IMG/VR virus record: IMGVR_UViG_3300038451_000147
Span: 1-64,000 of that record
Source of the DNA: a virus
Length of the DNA stretch: 64,000 bases
Strand: one strand, 5' to 3'
The notes under the pieces are model-generated. The model was not told where the DNA came from, did not search any database, and was given only the letters and a program-made list of their open reading frames with translations. The translations under genes were made by a program, and so were the position numbers. Below are positions 30,102 to 40,867 of this stretch, in pieces (position 1 is the first letter of the stretch; each line of letters starts with the position of its first letter).

Positions 30102-32227
30102 TACCATTCGAGTCGGCCAACTACTTCACTGAGGTAGGGAAGGTCAAGATGAAGATATACAGGAACGGGGTGATTGAGGTAATAGACCCCACGCCTCTGC
30201 CCTATTGCTTCGCCCCGACCAAGTATGAGATACAGACGCAAGCCAAGATGGAAAGAACGGACATGAAGGCTTTCGACACAGGAGAGAGCGTGAAGAGATA
30301 CACCTTCAACGTGCCTCAGAACGTCAAGTTCTTCAGGAACTTTCAAGAGGCGAAGAGCGTGTCCGTCTATGAGGCCGACAAGAAGTATGTAGGAGTCTGG
30401 ATGCTAGACAACGACTTCGTATGTAGCGATTATGAGAATGAAGCATCGTGGGACACAGAAGAGGACGACTCAGGAGTGAAGCCCGACCCAGAGACGGCCA
30501 ACGTCCCGATAACAGCCATAGGCATCATCTACAAGGGGCAGAAGTATGCTTGGACAGGGGCAGAGAAGGGCATCTTACAGGGTGCGGTAGACTTCATCGG
30601 GGAGAACAAGATTGGTCTGCTGAAGGGTTGGAACAGCAAGTTCTGGGACGTTCCCTTCTTCATGAAGAGGATGGCCTACAGCAACGTGCGATTCGATTAC
30701 AGTTCGACTAGGTTCCTAGACCTCTCGCTGGCCTACCGTTTCATGGAAAAGAACTTCCGAAGCCAGTGGTCTCTAGAGAAGGTGGGCAAGAGGTTCTTCG
30801 CCATGAAGAAGCCCTTCACCAACATAAGGCTCAGTTCTTTGCCAGTAGAGCAACTGAAGGAGAGGGTGCTGTGGGATGCCGAAGTGACGGAGATGATAGA
30901 CACGGCCAAGAACCTGTTGACCAACGCGCCCAAGGATTATAGCAAAGTATGTATCCAGATGGCGAAGCAGGGCCACATCTTCCCAGACCAAATCTTCGGA
31001 GTCCATCCGGTCAAGAAGACCATCACAGTCACGCCAGTTCTCGACCAATACTTCCTGAAGTATGCACACAAACTAGGCTATGTATTGCCCTGCAAGAGTG
31101 GATACAACCAAAGACCCAAGTATACAGGAGCGTGGGTTGAGGTCTACGAGAGGGGCTTCTTCAACGATGTCCTTCAGTTCGATGTTGACTCTCTGTATCC
31201 CAACGTGATACTTGCATACAAACTGGCTCCGCAAGGCCGCTTCGACCTCATAGAACCTATAGTCCGAGACCTCTTGGCTGGCAAACGGAACGCCAAGGAC
31301 AAGGTAGAAAGATGGGCCTACAAGATTTCGGTCAACGCCCTCTATGGTATCTTCGCCAGCACCTACTACAGATTCAAGGCGGTAGAGGTCTCCGACCAGA
31401 CCTGCTTTCACGGAAGGGACATTCTCACTCACACGGCTGAGTTCCTGAGAAGTCTGGGCTATGTGGTCTACTATATGGACACAGACTCCATCTTCGTTCA
31501 TGGAACATGGGAAGAGAGGGAGACCATTCAGAATCTAATCAACGACTTCGTGAAGCGCACCTACAATCTTGACAACATCAAATTCGGATTGGAGAACCAC
31601 TGGAAAGTGATAGGCTTCCCAAGAAGCACGAAGGGTGAGAAAGCCAAAAAGAAGTATTACGGCATAGTGTATAGAGACAAGACAGGAGCAGAGGTCAACA
31701 GATTTGAAGAGGCTGGAATGGAGACGCTTCGTGGCGATTGGACTGAACTGGCCCAGATGGTTCAAGAGGCTCTGAAGAAGATGCAGGTCTCTGGGGTTCC
31801 TAAAGAGAGGATGCTGAACTTCTATGAGGTAACGAAGGTCAACCTCTACAAAGGGCAATATGACCCCTTGTTAGTGCTTGAGAAGCACATGAGTAAGGAT
31901 GTCTCTGAGTATGGTCTAGAGAAGATAGGGAAGAGTGGAAAGATGCACAAAGCAGGGATTCCACAGCACGTTAAGGCTTTCAAGAACGCCTTAGAGACGG
32001 GATGGGTTCCCAACGACATGGTGCAGTATGGTGTCGTCCAGTTCGTTATGACAAGAGGCGGGATACCGAAACTCACCAATCTAGTCAAGCCCGGAGAGAT
32101 AGACTACCAATGGTATGTGACGAAACAGATAGACCCCATCGTGTGGAGACTTGGTATTATCGAAGCTGTCACCAAGTATAAGAAGGAGAAGCCGACCAAG
32201 GAAAAGACGAAGCAGACGACCCTCTAA
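30098..32227 (+). CDS. polB: Family B DNA polymerase
   Basis: DTE and GWNSKFWD exonuclease motifs; DVDSLYPN, KISVNALYG and YMDTDS polymerase motifs. Confidence 0.97.
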   Translation: MIPFESANYFTEVGKVKMKIYRNGVIEVIDPTPLPYCFAPTKYEIQTQAKMERTDMKAFDTGESVKRYTFNVPQNVKFFRNFQEAKSVSVYEADKKYVGVWMLDNDFVCSDYENEASWDTEEDDSGVKPDPETANVPITAIGIIYKGQKYAWTGAEKGILQGAVDFIGENKIGLLKGWNSKFWDVPFFMKRMAYSNVRFDYSSTRFLDLSLAYRFMEKNFRSQWSLEKVGKRFFAMKKPFTNIRLSSLPVEQLKERVLWDAEVTEMIDTAKNLLTNAPKDYSKVCIQMAKQGHIFPDQIFGVHPVKKTITVTPVLDQYFLKYAHKLGYVLPCKSGYNQRPKYTGAWVEVYERGFFNDVLQFDVDSLYPNVILAYKLAPQGRFDLIEPIVRDLLAGKRNAKDKVERWAYKISVNALYGIFASTYYRFKAVEVSDQTCFHGRDILTHTAEFLRSLGYVVYYMDTDSIFVHGTWEERETIQNLINDFVKRTYNLDNIKFGLENHWKVIGFPRSTKGEKAKKKYYGIVYRDKTGAEVNRFEEAGMETLRGDWTELAQMVQEALKKMQVSGVPKERMLNFYEVTKVNLYKGQYDPLLVLEKHMSKDVSEYGLEKIGKSGKMHKAGIPQHVKAFKNALETGWVPNDMVQYGVVQFVMTRGGIPKLTNLVKPGEIDYQWYVTKQIDPIVWRLGIIEAVTKYKKEKPTKEKTKQTTL

Positions 32228-32472
32228 TGGATATAGTAAGTAGTTTCTGGGTCTAATCCCTTCTTCACTACGGCTTCTTGATTCATCTTCAGGAACTCGT
32301 CAAAATCGTGGACATTGAGCAGAACCATCTCCAAATCGGCCTTGTAGTTGGCTATCAGAAGCCCCTGACCCCTCACAGCGTCCTTGAGCAATCCAACAAG
32401 TCCCACTATGAGAAGAGTCTCAATCACAACTGCTACAGCAAGCCCTATCGTGATTACCAAATTCCACTCCAT
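32224..32472 (-). CDS. Small membrane-anchored protein
   Basis: N-terminal TM helix. Confidence 0.6.
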   Translation of the reverse strand: MEWNLVITIGLAVAVVIETLLIVGLVGLLKDAVRGQGLLIANYKADLEMVLLNVHDFDEFLKMNQEAVVKKGLDPETTYYIH

Positions 32473-32510
32473 ATATAGGGATATATCCCCTTCCTCTTAT
32501 TAAGGATTCT

Positions 32511-32888
32511 TCAACCATCGGTCTGGGTCAGGGTCACATCTACAGTGTAGAGGTAGGGCTTGCCACCAGTATGCACATCGCTAATCTGGCCAATCCTCAC
32601 ATTATGAGACACACCTTCGACATCCGCAAGTATCTGGTCTAAAGGTTGCATGGCCGCAAGCAGAGTCTCGATGTCTTCAGCATTGGTGAAGTCTTGTGGA
32701 ACGATGATGTTCAACGTGAACTCTGAATTATAGACCCCAACAATCAAAGAAGTGTCAGAAAAGGCTTGGACTCTCGAATAAGTCCTCAATTTGGCCTTCT
32801 GCGATTCATCAAAAGAAGCGACTTCCAGAGGAATGGGACTCCCTTGAGGAACGCCAGCAATGACGGGTTGAAGCGTAATCTGGGTCAT
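32511..32888 (-). CDS. Putative distal tail protein
   Basis: Position in the tail module; beta-rich. Confidence 0.4.
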   Translation of the reverse strand: MTQITLQPVIAGVPQGSPIPLEVASFDESQKAKLRTYSRVQAFSDTSLIVGVYNSEFTLNIIVPQDFTNAEDIETLLAAMQPLDQILADVEGVSHNVRIGQISDVHTGGKPYLYTVDVTLTQTDG

Positions 32889-32924
32889 CGGATAGTAAAG
32901 ACCAAAAGAGCCTTATAAGGGCTT

Positions 32925-34982
32925 CTATGGCACATTAAAGACGAATGCTTTCGCCATGTAAGGAGTCGTATTCGCACAATATATGAGTAAGATTTGACCA
33001 AGGGACGACACCTGCTCCGAAATAGAGAAACAATCACGGGAAATTACAATCCCTTGAGGGTCGGTAAAGAGTGTTGTAGGCGCACTCCACACGCCACCCG
33101 AATACTTGGAGTAATAGAACTTGGTCGCATCATACCAAAAGACGTAAAGATAGCCAGTTGCCGGGTCTACCGTTATCATTGGCATTATGTCATGCGAACC
33201 AGTGCTGACTCCAATTGATACGGGCGTTGTAGCCGTTTGTGTCGAATACGAATATTGCGAAAACATAATGTCAGTCGTGGTCAAATCTGTCCATACCATA
33301 TAAGCAGTATCGCTACCATACGTCATCATAGACGCGGCCAATGAATCATTAGCAGAAACTACTCTGATAGTGCCTTGAGAGGGATTCCAAGACACAACTC
33401 TGAGAGAGGATTTGGTTGCATTCACTCTCATAGCATAACTCGAAACTATTACTCCGCCAGTGAGAGGCGCAACGGTTCCATACACGCCAAAACTGCTACT
33501 AAAGTAATCGAATCCAAGTTTAGGAAAGCCAGAAGCGTCTACCCATGTTCCATCGGTTGTTGACGACTTGGTGATAGAAATTGCCGCACTTCCATTGCAG
33601 AACATTACCCAAGGGTGATTAGTAGAATCAACAGTAACAGAAGGAGCACCGTCTACACCTATACTATATAAATGTTGTTCTGGTTTGCTCCATGTTATTA
33701 TACCAGTAATATTAGGGATGCCCCGTCTGTAGAAAAGGGTATGACTGCTCTCGCCTTCAGCCACATAATGGACATACGTTCCGTCAAAATGAGTTGAGAA
33801 ACACTCAGCCGCAACTCCCGACAATGCCAAAACTGTTCGGATTTGAGTCGGTGTTGCCCAATTATATCCATCAGCACTCGAAGTGTATGACATCCAATTT
33901 GGCGGAGTAAGAATGAATGCCCAATACCGACCATTGGCAAAAAAGACCTTACGTTGGGAAACTTTACCAACAGTTCCGACTGTGACTGAAATTGGTTGTG
34001 GCGGAACTACAATCACTGGACAGGTGAGGTCTATATTCACTTCATTGTCTGCCTTTATCAGAGAGAAGGAAGTGTCATACAACTGTTGTCCTTGAGCAGT
34101 GACAGCAAGAGAGTCATCCGTTGGAATGGGATTTCCGACCCATCCAGCCTCAGTATGCCTCTTTATGTCACTGAGGTATCCAGTGGCTTGCTGAGTCGGA
34201 GAGACGACCTCTAGAGGGATACTCCTATTCATTTTGTCCTTCAACCAAGTATAGGCTGTAGTAGAAATCTTTGGTATCATCACAGCTTTAGACCTGCTTG
34301 AGATGCCCAACTGCTGGATTATGTCTGTCGTCATGGGTCTGGTCTGTTTGTCGGTCTTCTTGGGTATAGTGATGTTCAAACTTTGGCCACCCTGATTGAT
34401 GTAATCAGAAGAGGCGAGAGCCACATAGTCTACGATGGCTCCATTGCTACAATACATTCCAACTCCCCAAACAGGGCCGTCAGCATAGTGTCCAGCAAGA
34501 TAGAAAGCGGGAATCGAGTAATGGGTATACAGAGAAGAGTCCAGAGTGAAGGAAAAGGTTCCATCAGGAAGTGCAGAGAGAGTGCTATCCAAACAAACAA
34601 CGTAAAGGGTAGAGGTTCCAAGGCCAGCGTTCTTTGCCCTAACTCTCACATAGCCAATAAGGTCAGTTGGAATCCCAACTGGAAAGTCCTTCTCTACCGC
34701 AATGTTGGTCGGAAGATAGAGTTCATCTCCATTTGTGATGGCCGAACTCTTAAGACCGAATACTCCGGGCGTGACCACTCCACCATACACAGGGTCGCTA
34801 GTTGTAATAACACCACTACCAGTATTGGAGAAGGTGATAGCATTTCCGCCCGGAACGATGATGTCCCACCATCCAAGCGTCCCATATCCGGGCGCAGGTG
34901 CGTGGTCGGCTTGTCTGAAGGAATCGTCTTTCCAGACCAGTCTCCTTATCTCAAGCCCAAGTGGTATTGTGGTAGAGGCCAT
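32925..34982 (-). CDS. Tail tip / receptor-binding protein with beta-propeller-like C-terminus
   Basis: S.DG..W (BNR-like) motifs; S/T/G-rich; tail module. Confidence 0.6.
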   Translation of the reverse strand: MASTTIPLGLEIRRLVWKDDSFRQADHAPAPGYGTLGWWDIIVPGGNAITFSNTGSGVITTSDPVYGGVVTPGVFGLKSSAITNGDELYLPTNIAVEKDFPVGIPTDLIGYVRVRAKNAGLGTSTLYVVCLDSTLSALPDGTFSFTLDSSLYTHYSIPAFYLAGHYADGPVWGVGMYCSNGAIVDYVALASSDYINQGGQSLNITIPKKTDKQTRPMTTDIIQQLGISSRSKAVMIPKISTTAYTWLKDKMNRSIPLEVVSPTQQATGYLSDIKRHTEAGWVGNPIPTDDSLAVTAQGQQLYDTSFSLIKADNEVNIDLTCPVIVVPPQPISVTVGTVGKVSQRKVFFANGRYWAFILTPPNWMSYTSSADGYNWATPTQIRTVLALSGVAAECFSTHFDGTYVHYVAEGESSHTLFYRRGIPNITGIITWSKPEQHLYSIGVDGAPSVTVDSTNHPWVMFCNGSAAISITKSSTTDGTWVDASGFPKLGFDYFSSSFGVYGTVAPLTGGVIVSSYAMRVNATKSSLRVVSWNPSQGTIRVVSANDSLAASMMTYGSDTAYMVWTDLTTTDIMFSQYSYSTQTATTPVSIGVSTGSHDIMPMITVDPATGYLYVFWYDATKFYYSKYSGGVWSAPTTLFTDPQGIVISRDCFSISEQVSSLGQILLIYCANTTPYMAKAFVFNVP

Positions 34983-34990
34983 ATTCTCAC

Positions 34991-36481
34991 CTAATTGGCG
35001 GCTGTCACCACCGTATACGATGAGACAGATACGTTATTGGTGTCAGTTCCTATCAGTTCAAACAAAGCATGATTGTTGGTCGGAATCGCGGGGTCGTATG
35101 GAAGCGTGCCAGAAGCAACTAGATAGAGAGTCACTACAACAGGATTCGAGATGGCATCTCTAGTGATTGTAGGGGTTGTCGGAATGACAATCTGTTGAGA
35201 GTATGTATTGAGAGGTATGGGTGTGACAAAGCCCGGACTGTAGGCTAGAGTGGTATTAGCATAATCTATCAGTCTGCTAACGGTATTCACTGTAATGGTG
35301 ATAGGATACGGCACAGATGCCTTGGGTTCAATAGGATAGAAGTAGTAGAAGAGCGTGATATATCCGGCTCTAAGAAGGTCTACAGAGTTACAGAAGGCCA
35401 TGTTTCCAGCCACAGGGTCAGCATCGGTCTTCAAGTGTGTATACGTCAAAGCCGCATCGAGAGCCAAGAACGACACTGGATGTGAGTTGAGCGCACCAAT
35501 GGTGGCAGGTTCCATCCTTGAAGTATTCGCTCCTATGACTATCTGCTGTCCCACCGCAAATCCTGTGACCGACTTCACGAAGAGGATAAAGGTTCCGGTA
35601 TTGCTGTCCTTGTTTACAACAGTGTTGGCTGTTGCTATCTTCTGCACCACTCCTAATCCATAGGTCGCTATGCTAGGCAGAACTACAAGCGTGAAATCGC
35701 ACACCGCATAGGTGTTGGTTATGGAGTCGTAAGCGAAGACGTTGACTTTGTATGAAGGCGGTAAGGTAGGGTTGATGACGTTACCTGTGCCTTCTGGATT
35801 TATGAAGAGCGTCTGGTAGTTCTGAGTTGTGTAAGTGTTGAGAGCGTTGCCAGAATTGGGAGCAAGCGTGGAACTGAGAAGACCTTTCCATCCACTTTCA
35901 CCCGAACTCAAAGTCGTGAAAGTGCCAGTAGTCCAAGCGGATGGAGATGAGCCTATCTTCCCTACCCAAGTGGCGGTAGTCGCATTGACAGAGGATATGT
36001 TGGGGTCTACAGCAGAGTCAATCTTCTGAAGGAAGAAAGAGAGCGTCAGAGGGTTGTTGAACCCCTTGATTGCAGAGACATAGATTGTAACACTGTCCTT
36101 TGTGGTCGTAGTGCCACTTACGGTGGGCGTGGCGTAGAGTATCTGAAAAGTATCACCACTGTCATCTGGCGCAGGTGAAAATGCGTTGGTGGTTATTGTG
36201 GTTGCTGTATTCGATAGAATCGCCCTAATCTGGTTAATTGCAAGACCAGAAGTGTATTTCAGGTAGTAACCGACCCAATGGTTCACAGTCCATAACGCAC
36301 CCGAATCCTGTAGCACTGTCGCTGTCGTGCCAGTTGTTGTTGTGTCTGAAAACGACACAGTGTTGACGGGCGGGTTTGGTATTGAGGGCGGATTGGCCGG
36401 AACAGTGTAGTTCTGAGGCACTTGAATCAGAGCATTGTCTACCCCTATCCAGAAGACATTTGAGACCGTAGGCGCGACCAT
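34991..36481 (-). CDS. Tail/virion structural protein (start revised to ATG36481)
   Basis: TATA 25 nt upstream of AGT-ATG; carries the shared ~70-aa tail module. Confidence 0.65.
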   Translation of the reverse strand: MVAPTVSNVFWIGVDNALIQVPQNYTVPANPPSIPNPPVNTVSFSDTTTTGTTATVLQDSGALWTVNHWVGYYLKYTSGLAINQIRAILSNTATTITTNAFSPAPDDSGDTFQILYATPTVSGTTTTKDSVTIYVSAIKGFNNPLTLSFFLQKIDSAVDPNISSVNATTATWVGKIGSSPSAWTTGTFTTLSSGESGWKGLLSSTLAPNSGNALNTYTTQNYQTLFINPEGTGNVINPTLPPSYKVNVFAYDSITNTYAVCDFTLVVLPSIATYGLGVVQKIATANTVVNKDSNTGTFILFVKSVTGFAVGQQIVIGANTSRMEPATIGALNSHPVSFLALDAALTYTHLKTDADPVAGNMAFCNSVDLLRAGYITLFYYFYPIEPKASVPYPITITVNTVSRLIDYANTTLAYSPGFVTPIPLNTYSQQIVIPTTPTITRDAISNPVVVTLYLVASGTLPYDPAIPTNNHALFELIGTDTNNVSVSSYTVVTAAN

Positions 36482-36522
36482 ACTAAGATTTTTAGGGGCT
36501 TGACGGCTTATAAAGATTGCCT

Positions 36523-39500
36523 CTACGGTGAGACGTAAGGATGGGGCTGATACACCCACTGTTGAGTGGGGTCGAACACCACCGCATTGTTGGGATTGGC
36601 TGTCTGAGCGTTGACGATGGCCTTGGTGAACTTGGGATTGGCTTGGTAAGAGTAGTTGACATAGACAGTGTAAGCGTTGTTCGCAGGGCTAATGGTGTAA
36701 GAGACAGGTGGATGAGTTGAAGTATCAAGTGTGTATGTAAGCCCATCGTCTACTATCTGTAGTGGAGCCATAACGCCTTGGACGAGCAAATCATAGTTAG
36801 TGGCTTTCAAGGGAGTTCCAGAAGTGGAAGTGGGCATCGTGTTACTTGTGCCACCATCGGCTCTGTAGACATTGTAACTCTGTGCATATGGGACTGAAGG
36901 CCAAGTGATGACAATCTCCGATGACACAAGCGTATAGGTATCGCCACTACCATTCGGTGCAGGTGAGAAGGCGGCAGTGGTTATCGAAGTTGCGGTATTG
37001 GAAAGAATCGTCCTCTCCTCTCCGATGGCAGGGCCACTGGTATATTCCAGAGTAAATCCTACCAAGGCGTTCACAGTCCACGCCTTACCGCTATCCTGTA
37101 GCACTGTTGCCGTTGTGCCAGCCGTAGTCGTTCCAGTGGTCTGAGCGACAGTGTATGTTCCACCCTCTGGCACAGAGTTGTTGTAAGGCTCTGGCTGAGT
37201 GTTCGTATTAGTGTTCGAGAGAGGAAGATTGAACGGGGTGCATACTTGAGAAAGCGCGGTCTCGTTGTTGTCTGGGTCTATAGCCGTTATGAGATACCAA
37301 TACTGATGCCCCAATGCGAGTTGCGAACCTGCCCCTACAGGAGTTCCATCATACACTACATTCAATCCCGGCGGAGTTTCAGGAGCAGATGTATCGAGAG
37401 ACTGAACAAAGGGTTGAGTATTCGCATCTCCGCCTAGAGTGCCGTTATCCTCATAGGAGTTTGTAGCGGTGAAGTCTAGGTAAATCAACTGAAGTATGTT
37501 CAATGTGAGTATATCCGCTATTCCAAGCACCGCCCTGTAGACATTGTAACGAGTGACAGCACTTCCCGTAGTCGGGTCTATCACTGCTGGCCAACTGAGA
37601 AAGATGTGACTGCCCGGAGTCGCAACATACCCCGATATTGAGTAATTAGACAGGGCAAACTCGTTGCCGTAAGAATCAACAGGGCAATAGAGGTATTGGC
37701 TTCCTTCCGGTGGAAAGGGAGCAGTGCCACCCGTAATTGATGCCGCAGGTAGAGTAGAAAACAGAGGGTCTGGACACCAAGAAATCGCCCCTGTGTTGCG
37801 GATTACTACCATGTATTTCCCACTTACATTGGCATTCCCACCGTCATCAGTGAGAAAGGGAGCAGAACTGGTAAGAGTTGGCGGAGAGGCGTGCGACTTG
37901 GAGATTAGCGAGAGGATGTCTGCCAGTTGGTTGAGGTTGATTACTTTGTCATAGATGGCCATTCCATCTGGTTGGATGACCGTCAAGTAGACACTGTTCG
38001 GTGCGCTACTGGCAGTGACACCCAAAGTCGTAATCTGATTTGCCGATGAAGAGTTTGAGGCATCCACTTCGACTCCGAACTGATACAAAAGGATGTCGTC
38101 TGCCTTCACTGGATTGCCAGCCGTGTCTATGGCGTTCATAGTATTGGGTATGGACTGAGCGTATACAGGGATGGCTTGAGCCTCTGCATCTGGATATACA
38201 GTCCCACTGTCTTCGTAGTCCTCACATCTCAACTGAAAGGGAGTGGCCCTGTTGGTGATGAAGTCTCCGCCACCCTGATGGATGGCCCCACCTTCTGCTT
38301 GTCTTCCCCTTCCCAACAGAGTCTTAGAGGCCGGATTGACTGTGGTATACATGAACTGCATCGCCCCACCATAAGAACCCTGTTCTTGGAAACTATGGAC
38401 GGCGTTCCATTGCTCTATCGGGACGTTCTGAACAGGGAAGGTCAGAGTGAGTGTGATGTCTTCGCCTTGGTCTGGACTCCATGTTATGTCTATAGTCTTG
38501 ATTCTAGCCGTGAAAGCGGCTGTTATGAGACCACCAGTCGGATTGTAAGAGCCTATCAAGGGGTTGCCATTGCTGTCCTCTATCACGCCACTAAGACTTG
38601 GAGCATTCACTAGAATGTAATCGCCCGGATACATCGTATGTGTGCTTGCGTAAACGTAGTCCGGCTTCAAGATGATGTTAGGAATGGGGTGCTGGAAGAA
38701 GTTGATACTGGTTCCAACATACCTCTGTATCTCGCCTTGGTCTACCACGTTGTTGAGCGTCTGGTTGGTCTGCTTCAGACCATACTCAGCGATACTTCTC
38801 TGATTGTCTATCGGAATGGCGACTACATCTGAGCCTTGGAAACTGCCACCTGTAAGGACGAAACTGTTGTTCATTGAGATGTAATCGCTAGTGAATTTGA
38901 TTGAAACGATGTTATCACCTTCTGAGAACACTATAGTATCTATAGGGTCGTATCCATTGTATACCCCAAATTCCACATAAGCCATAGGCGAATAGATGGG
39001 GTCGCTCCCTAGGAGAGTGGGGTCGTTTGCGAGTTTGGCAGAGATGTTGCAACTATTGTCTCCCAAGTGTATTCCAGTTCTGTTGTTACCATTGCCCAAG
39101 GCACTATGAACAGGGTCGAAAAGCATAACTGTTGCAGTTGGTAGTTTGGGAGCAAAGGTGTCAGTCAAAGACCCACTTGGACGGGGCGGAATGGTGTAAG
39201 GAAAGTCTCCTATATCCAACCTATACTCTGCCAAGAAAGGTTGGTTCTGGCTCGGATTGAAGAGTGCAGACGTTACCAGTCTGTCTATCGTAGCGGAGAT
39301 GTTCTGATATTGGACATTCAAATTGTCGTTCACCACAATGTTGTCAAAGTCAGTGAAATACATAATATCCGGATTCAAAAAGGTCGTCTGATGAGTGGTA
39401 GGATTCACATACCCATTGTCAGCGAAATTGGCCAACTGGAAGGCTGGCAGATGTCCAGTAGAATAAGACGTTTGGAACGCAGTTACAAGGATGTCTGCCC

Positions 39501-39936
39501 AAAGTTGACCAAACCTCAAACCTAGTGTCGGATTGAGATACACTAAATAGGGATTGGTATTGGGTTGAAGAGGCGGTGGACTCTTCCCGGCTATCTGGAA
39601 AAGCCTTGTCGCAAGCATATACCATAGACTGTTGACCTGAAAGGTGGTCACAAGTTCTGCGTCTGAAACATCATATTCTGGATTCGTGGTCATCCCTCTG
39701 AATTTGAGAGTGTAAGTTCCATCAGAATTGACACGGTAGATGTAGATTTCTCTAGCCGAAACAATCTTCTGTATCCCTGCAAGAGTGATGGTCACGTTGT
39801 CCTCTGAAGGAGCGATGTTCCTTTGGAACACTAGATTAGTCACATTCGCAAGGACGATGGCCGAAGGGTTTACTGACCCATCTGGCATCAGATAGTCCGA
39901 GTCGTATGAAACGATGTAATTGATGGTGTTAGACAT
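36523..39936 (-). CDS. Large tail tip / baseplate hub protein with FnIII-like segments
   Basis: Follows the tape measure; SIAEYGL motif; two W..V......YNVYR FnIII-like segments. Confidence 0.7.
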   Translation of the reverse strand: MSNTINYIVSYDSDYLMPDGSVNPSAIVLANVTNLVFQRNIAPSEDNVTITLAGIQKIVSAREIYIYRVNSDGTYTLKFRGMTTNPEYDVSDAELVTTFQVNSLWYMLATRLFQIAGKSPPPLQPNTNPYLVYLNPTLGLRFGQLWADILVTAFQTSYSTGHLPAFQLANFADNGYVNPTTHQTTFLNPDIMYFTDFDNIVVNDNLNVQYQNISATIDRLVTSALFNPSQNQPFLAEYRLDIGDFPYTIPPRPSGSLTDTFAPKLPTATVMLFDPVHSALGNGNNRTGIHLGDNSCNISAKLANDPTLLGSDPIYSPMAYVEFGVYNGYDPIDTIVFSEGDNIVSIKFTSDYISMNNSFVLTGGSFQGSDVVAIPIDNQRSIAEYGLKQTNQTLNNVVDQGEIQRYVGTSINFFQHPIPNIILKPDYVYASTHTMYPGDYILVNAPSLSGVIEDSNGNPLIGSYNPTGGLITAAFTARIKTIDITWSPDQGEDITLTLTFPVQNVPIEQWNAVHSFQEQGSYGGAMQFMYTTVNPASKTLLGRGRQAEGGAIHQGGGDFITNRATPFQLRCEDYEDSGTVYPDAEAQAIPVYAQSIPNTMNAIDTAGNPVKADDILLYQFGVEVDASNSSSANQITTLGVTASSAPNSVYLTVIQPDGMAIYDKVINLNQLADILSLISKSHASPPTLTSSAPFLTDDGGNANVSGKYMVVIRNTGAISWCPDPLFSTLPAASITGGTAPFPPEGSQYLYCPVDSYGNEFALSNYSISGYVATPGSHIFLSWPAVIDPTTGSAVTRYNVYRAVLGIADILTLNILQLIYLDFTATNSYEDNGTLGGDANTQPFVQSLDTSAPETPPGLNVVYDGTPVGAGSQLALGHQYWYLITAIDPDNNETALSQVCTPFNLPLSNTNTNTQPEPYNNSVPEGGTYTVAQTTGTTTAGTTATVLQDSGKAWTVNALVGFTLEYTSGPAIGEERTILSNTATSITTAAFSPAPNGSGDTYTLVSSEIVITWPSVPYAQSYNVYRADGGTSNTMPTSTSGTPLKATNYDLLVQGVMAPLQIVDDGLTYTLDTSTHPPVSYTISPANNAYTVYVNYSYQANPKFTKAIVNAQTANPNNAVVFDPTQQWVYQPHPYVSP

Positions 39937-40853
39937 CAGTATACACCCCTCTGTTTCTGTGAGGCCAACAGGGTCTTAGCCAAAGCATTCTCCACTTCCT
40001 GTCTCACTCTAGCCAAGTCTACGTTGCTTGTAGCGTGAATATGAATCTCAACATTAGATGCTCCGACTACTCCACCACCTGTTGCTCCTTTTGGAACCAC
40101 CGTCTCGCCAGCGTGAACTAGAGCAAGACCAGTTTTAGGAACGAAACCACCAGACTGGTAAATACCTGCAAATGCAACAGCAGGAAGAACTTTCTCTGCG
40201 ACTGAAACCAAACCACCTGCACCTTCCGCACCAGCAAGTCCGACTTGGGCGGTTGTCTCCGCTTCTGTCGTTGCAATAGCCCCAAGTTGGGCTACTCTTA
40301 AAGCCGACAGAGCCACTACAAATGTATCCACTGTGGTTGCTATCTCTGTAAAGGCCGTCATAATCTTGGCCGCATTACTGAAACTCGCTGTCACATACGC
40401 ATTTGCGGCAACCATCTCATTCACCTTGCTCTGCTTGTAGAGAGCACCAACATAATTTGCGGCCACAGTTGCCCTTGTTGCCTCTTCTGAACCTTTACCA
40501 TAGACTTGGGTAGCAACAGACTGCAAAGCAATTCCCTGTGTGTAGACATTCTGAGCGCGAATCATCTTGATTTGAGCATTATACAAGTCAACCAATTCAT
40601 TGATATTGCCAGCCGCCAAATCTGCCAAAGCCGCAAAAGAAGAGTTCCATGCTGACATAACAGTAGAGAACGTCTTGACTCCTTGGATACCTATAGACAT
40701 AGCCGCAGACATCCCGGCTTGTGCTTCTGCTTCTTCTTTTATTGCTGATGTTAGTTGCTTTGAAACATCATAGCCTTCTGCCATTGCTATCCGTAAATCG
40801 CCTACACCTTCAGCAAGTTCAAGAATATCCTTCTTACTCATCACCGTTGCCAT
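39936..40853 (-). CDS. Short tape measure protein
   Basis: Ala-rich helical; YQSGGFVPKTGLALVHAGETVVP motif; directly after the chaperone pair. Confidence 0.7.
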   Translation of the reverse strand: MATVMSKKDILELAEGVGDLRIAMAEGYDVSKQLTSAIKEEAEAQAGMSAAMSIGIQGVKTFSTVMSAWNSSFAALADLAAGNINELVDLYNAQIKMIRAQNVYTQGIALQSVATQVYGKGSEEATRATVAANYVGALYKQSKVNEMVAANAYVTASFSNAAKIMTAFTEIATTVDTFVVALSALRVAQLGAIATTEAETTAQVGLAGAEGAGGLVSVAEKVLPAVAFAGIYQSGGFVPKTGLALVHAGETVVPKGATGGGVVGASNVEIHIHATSNVDLARVRQEVENALAKTLLASQKQRGVY

Positions 40854-40867
40854 ACTATCTTATAAGG

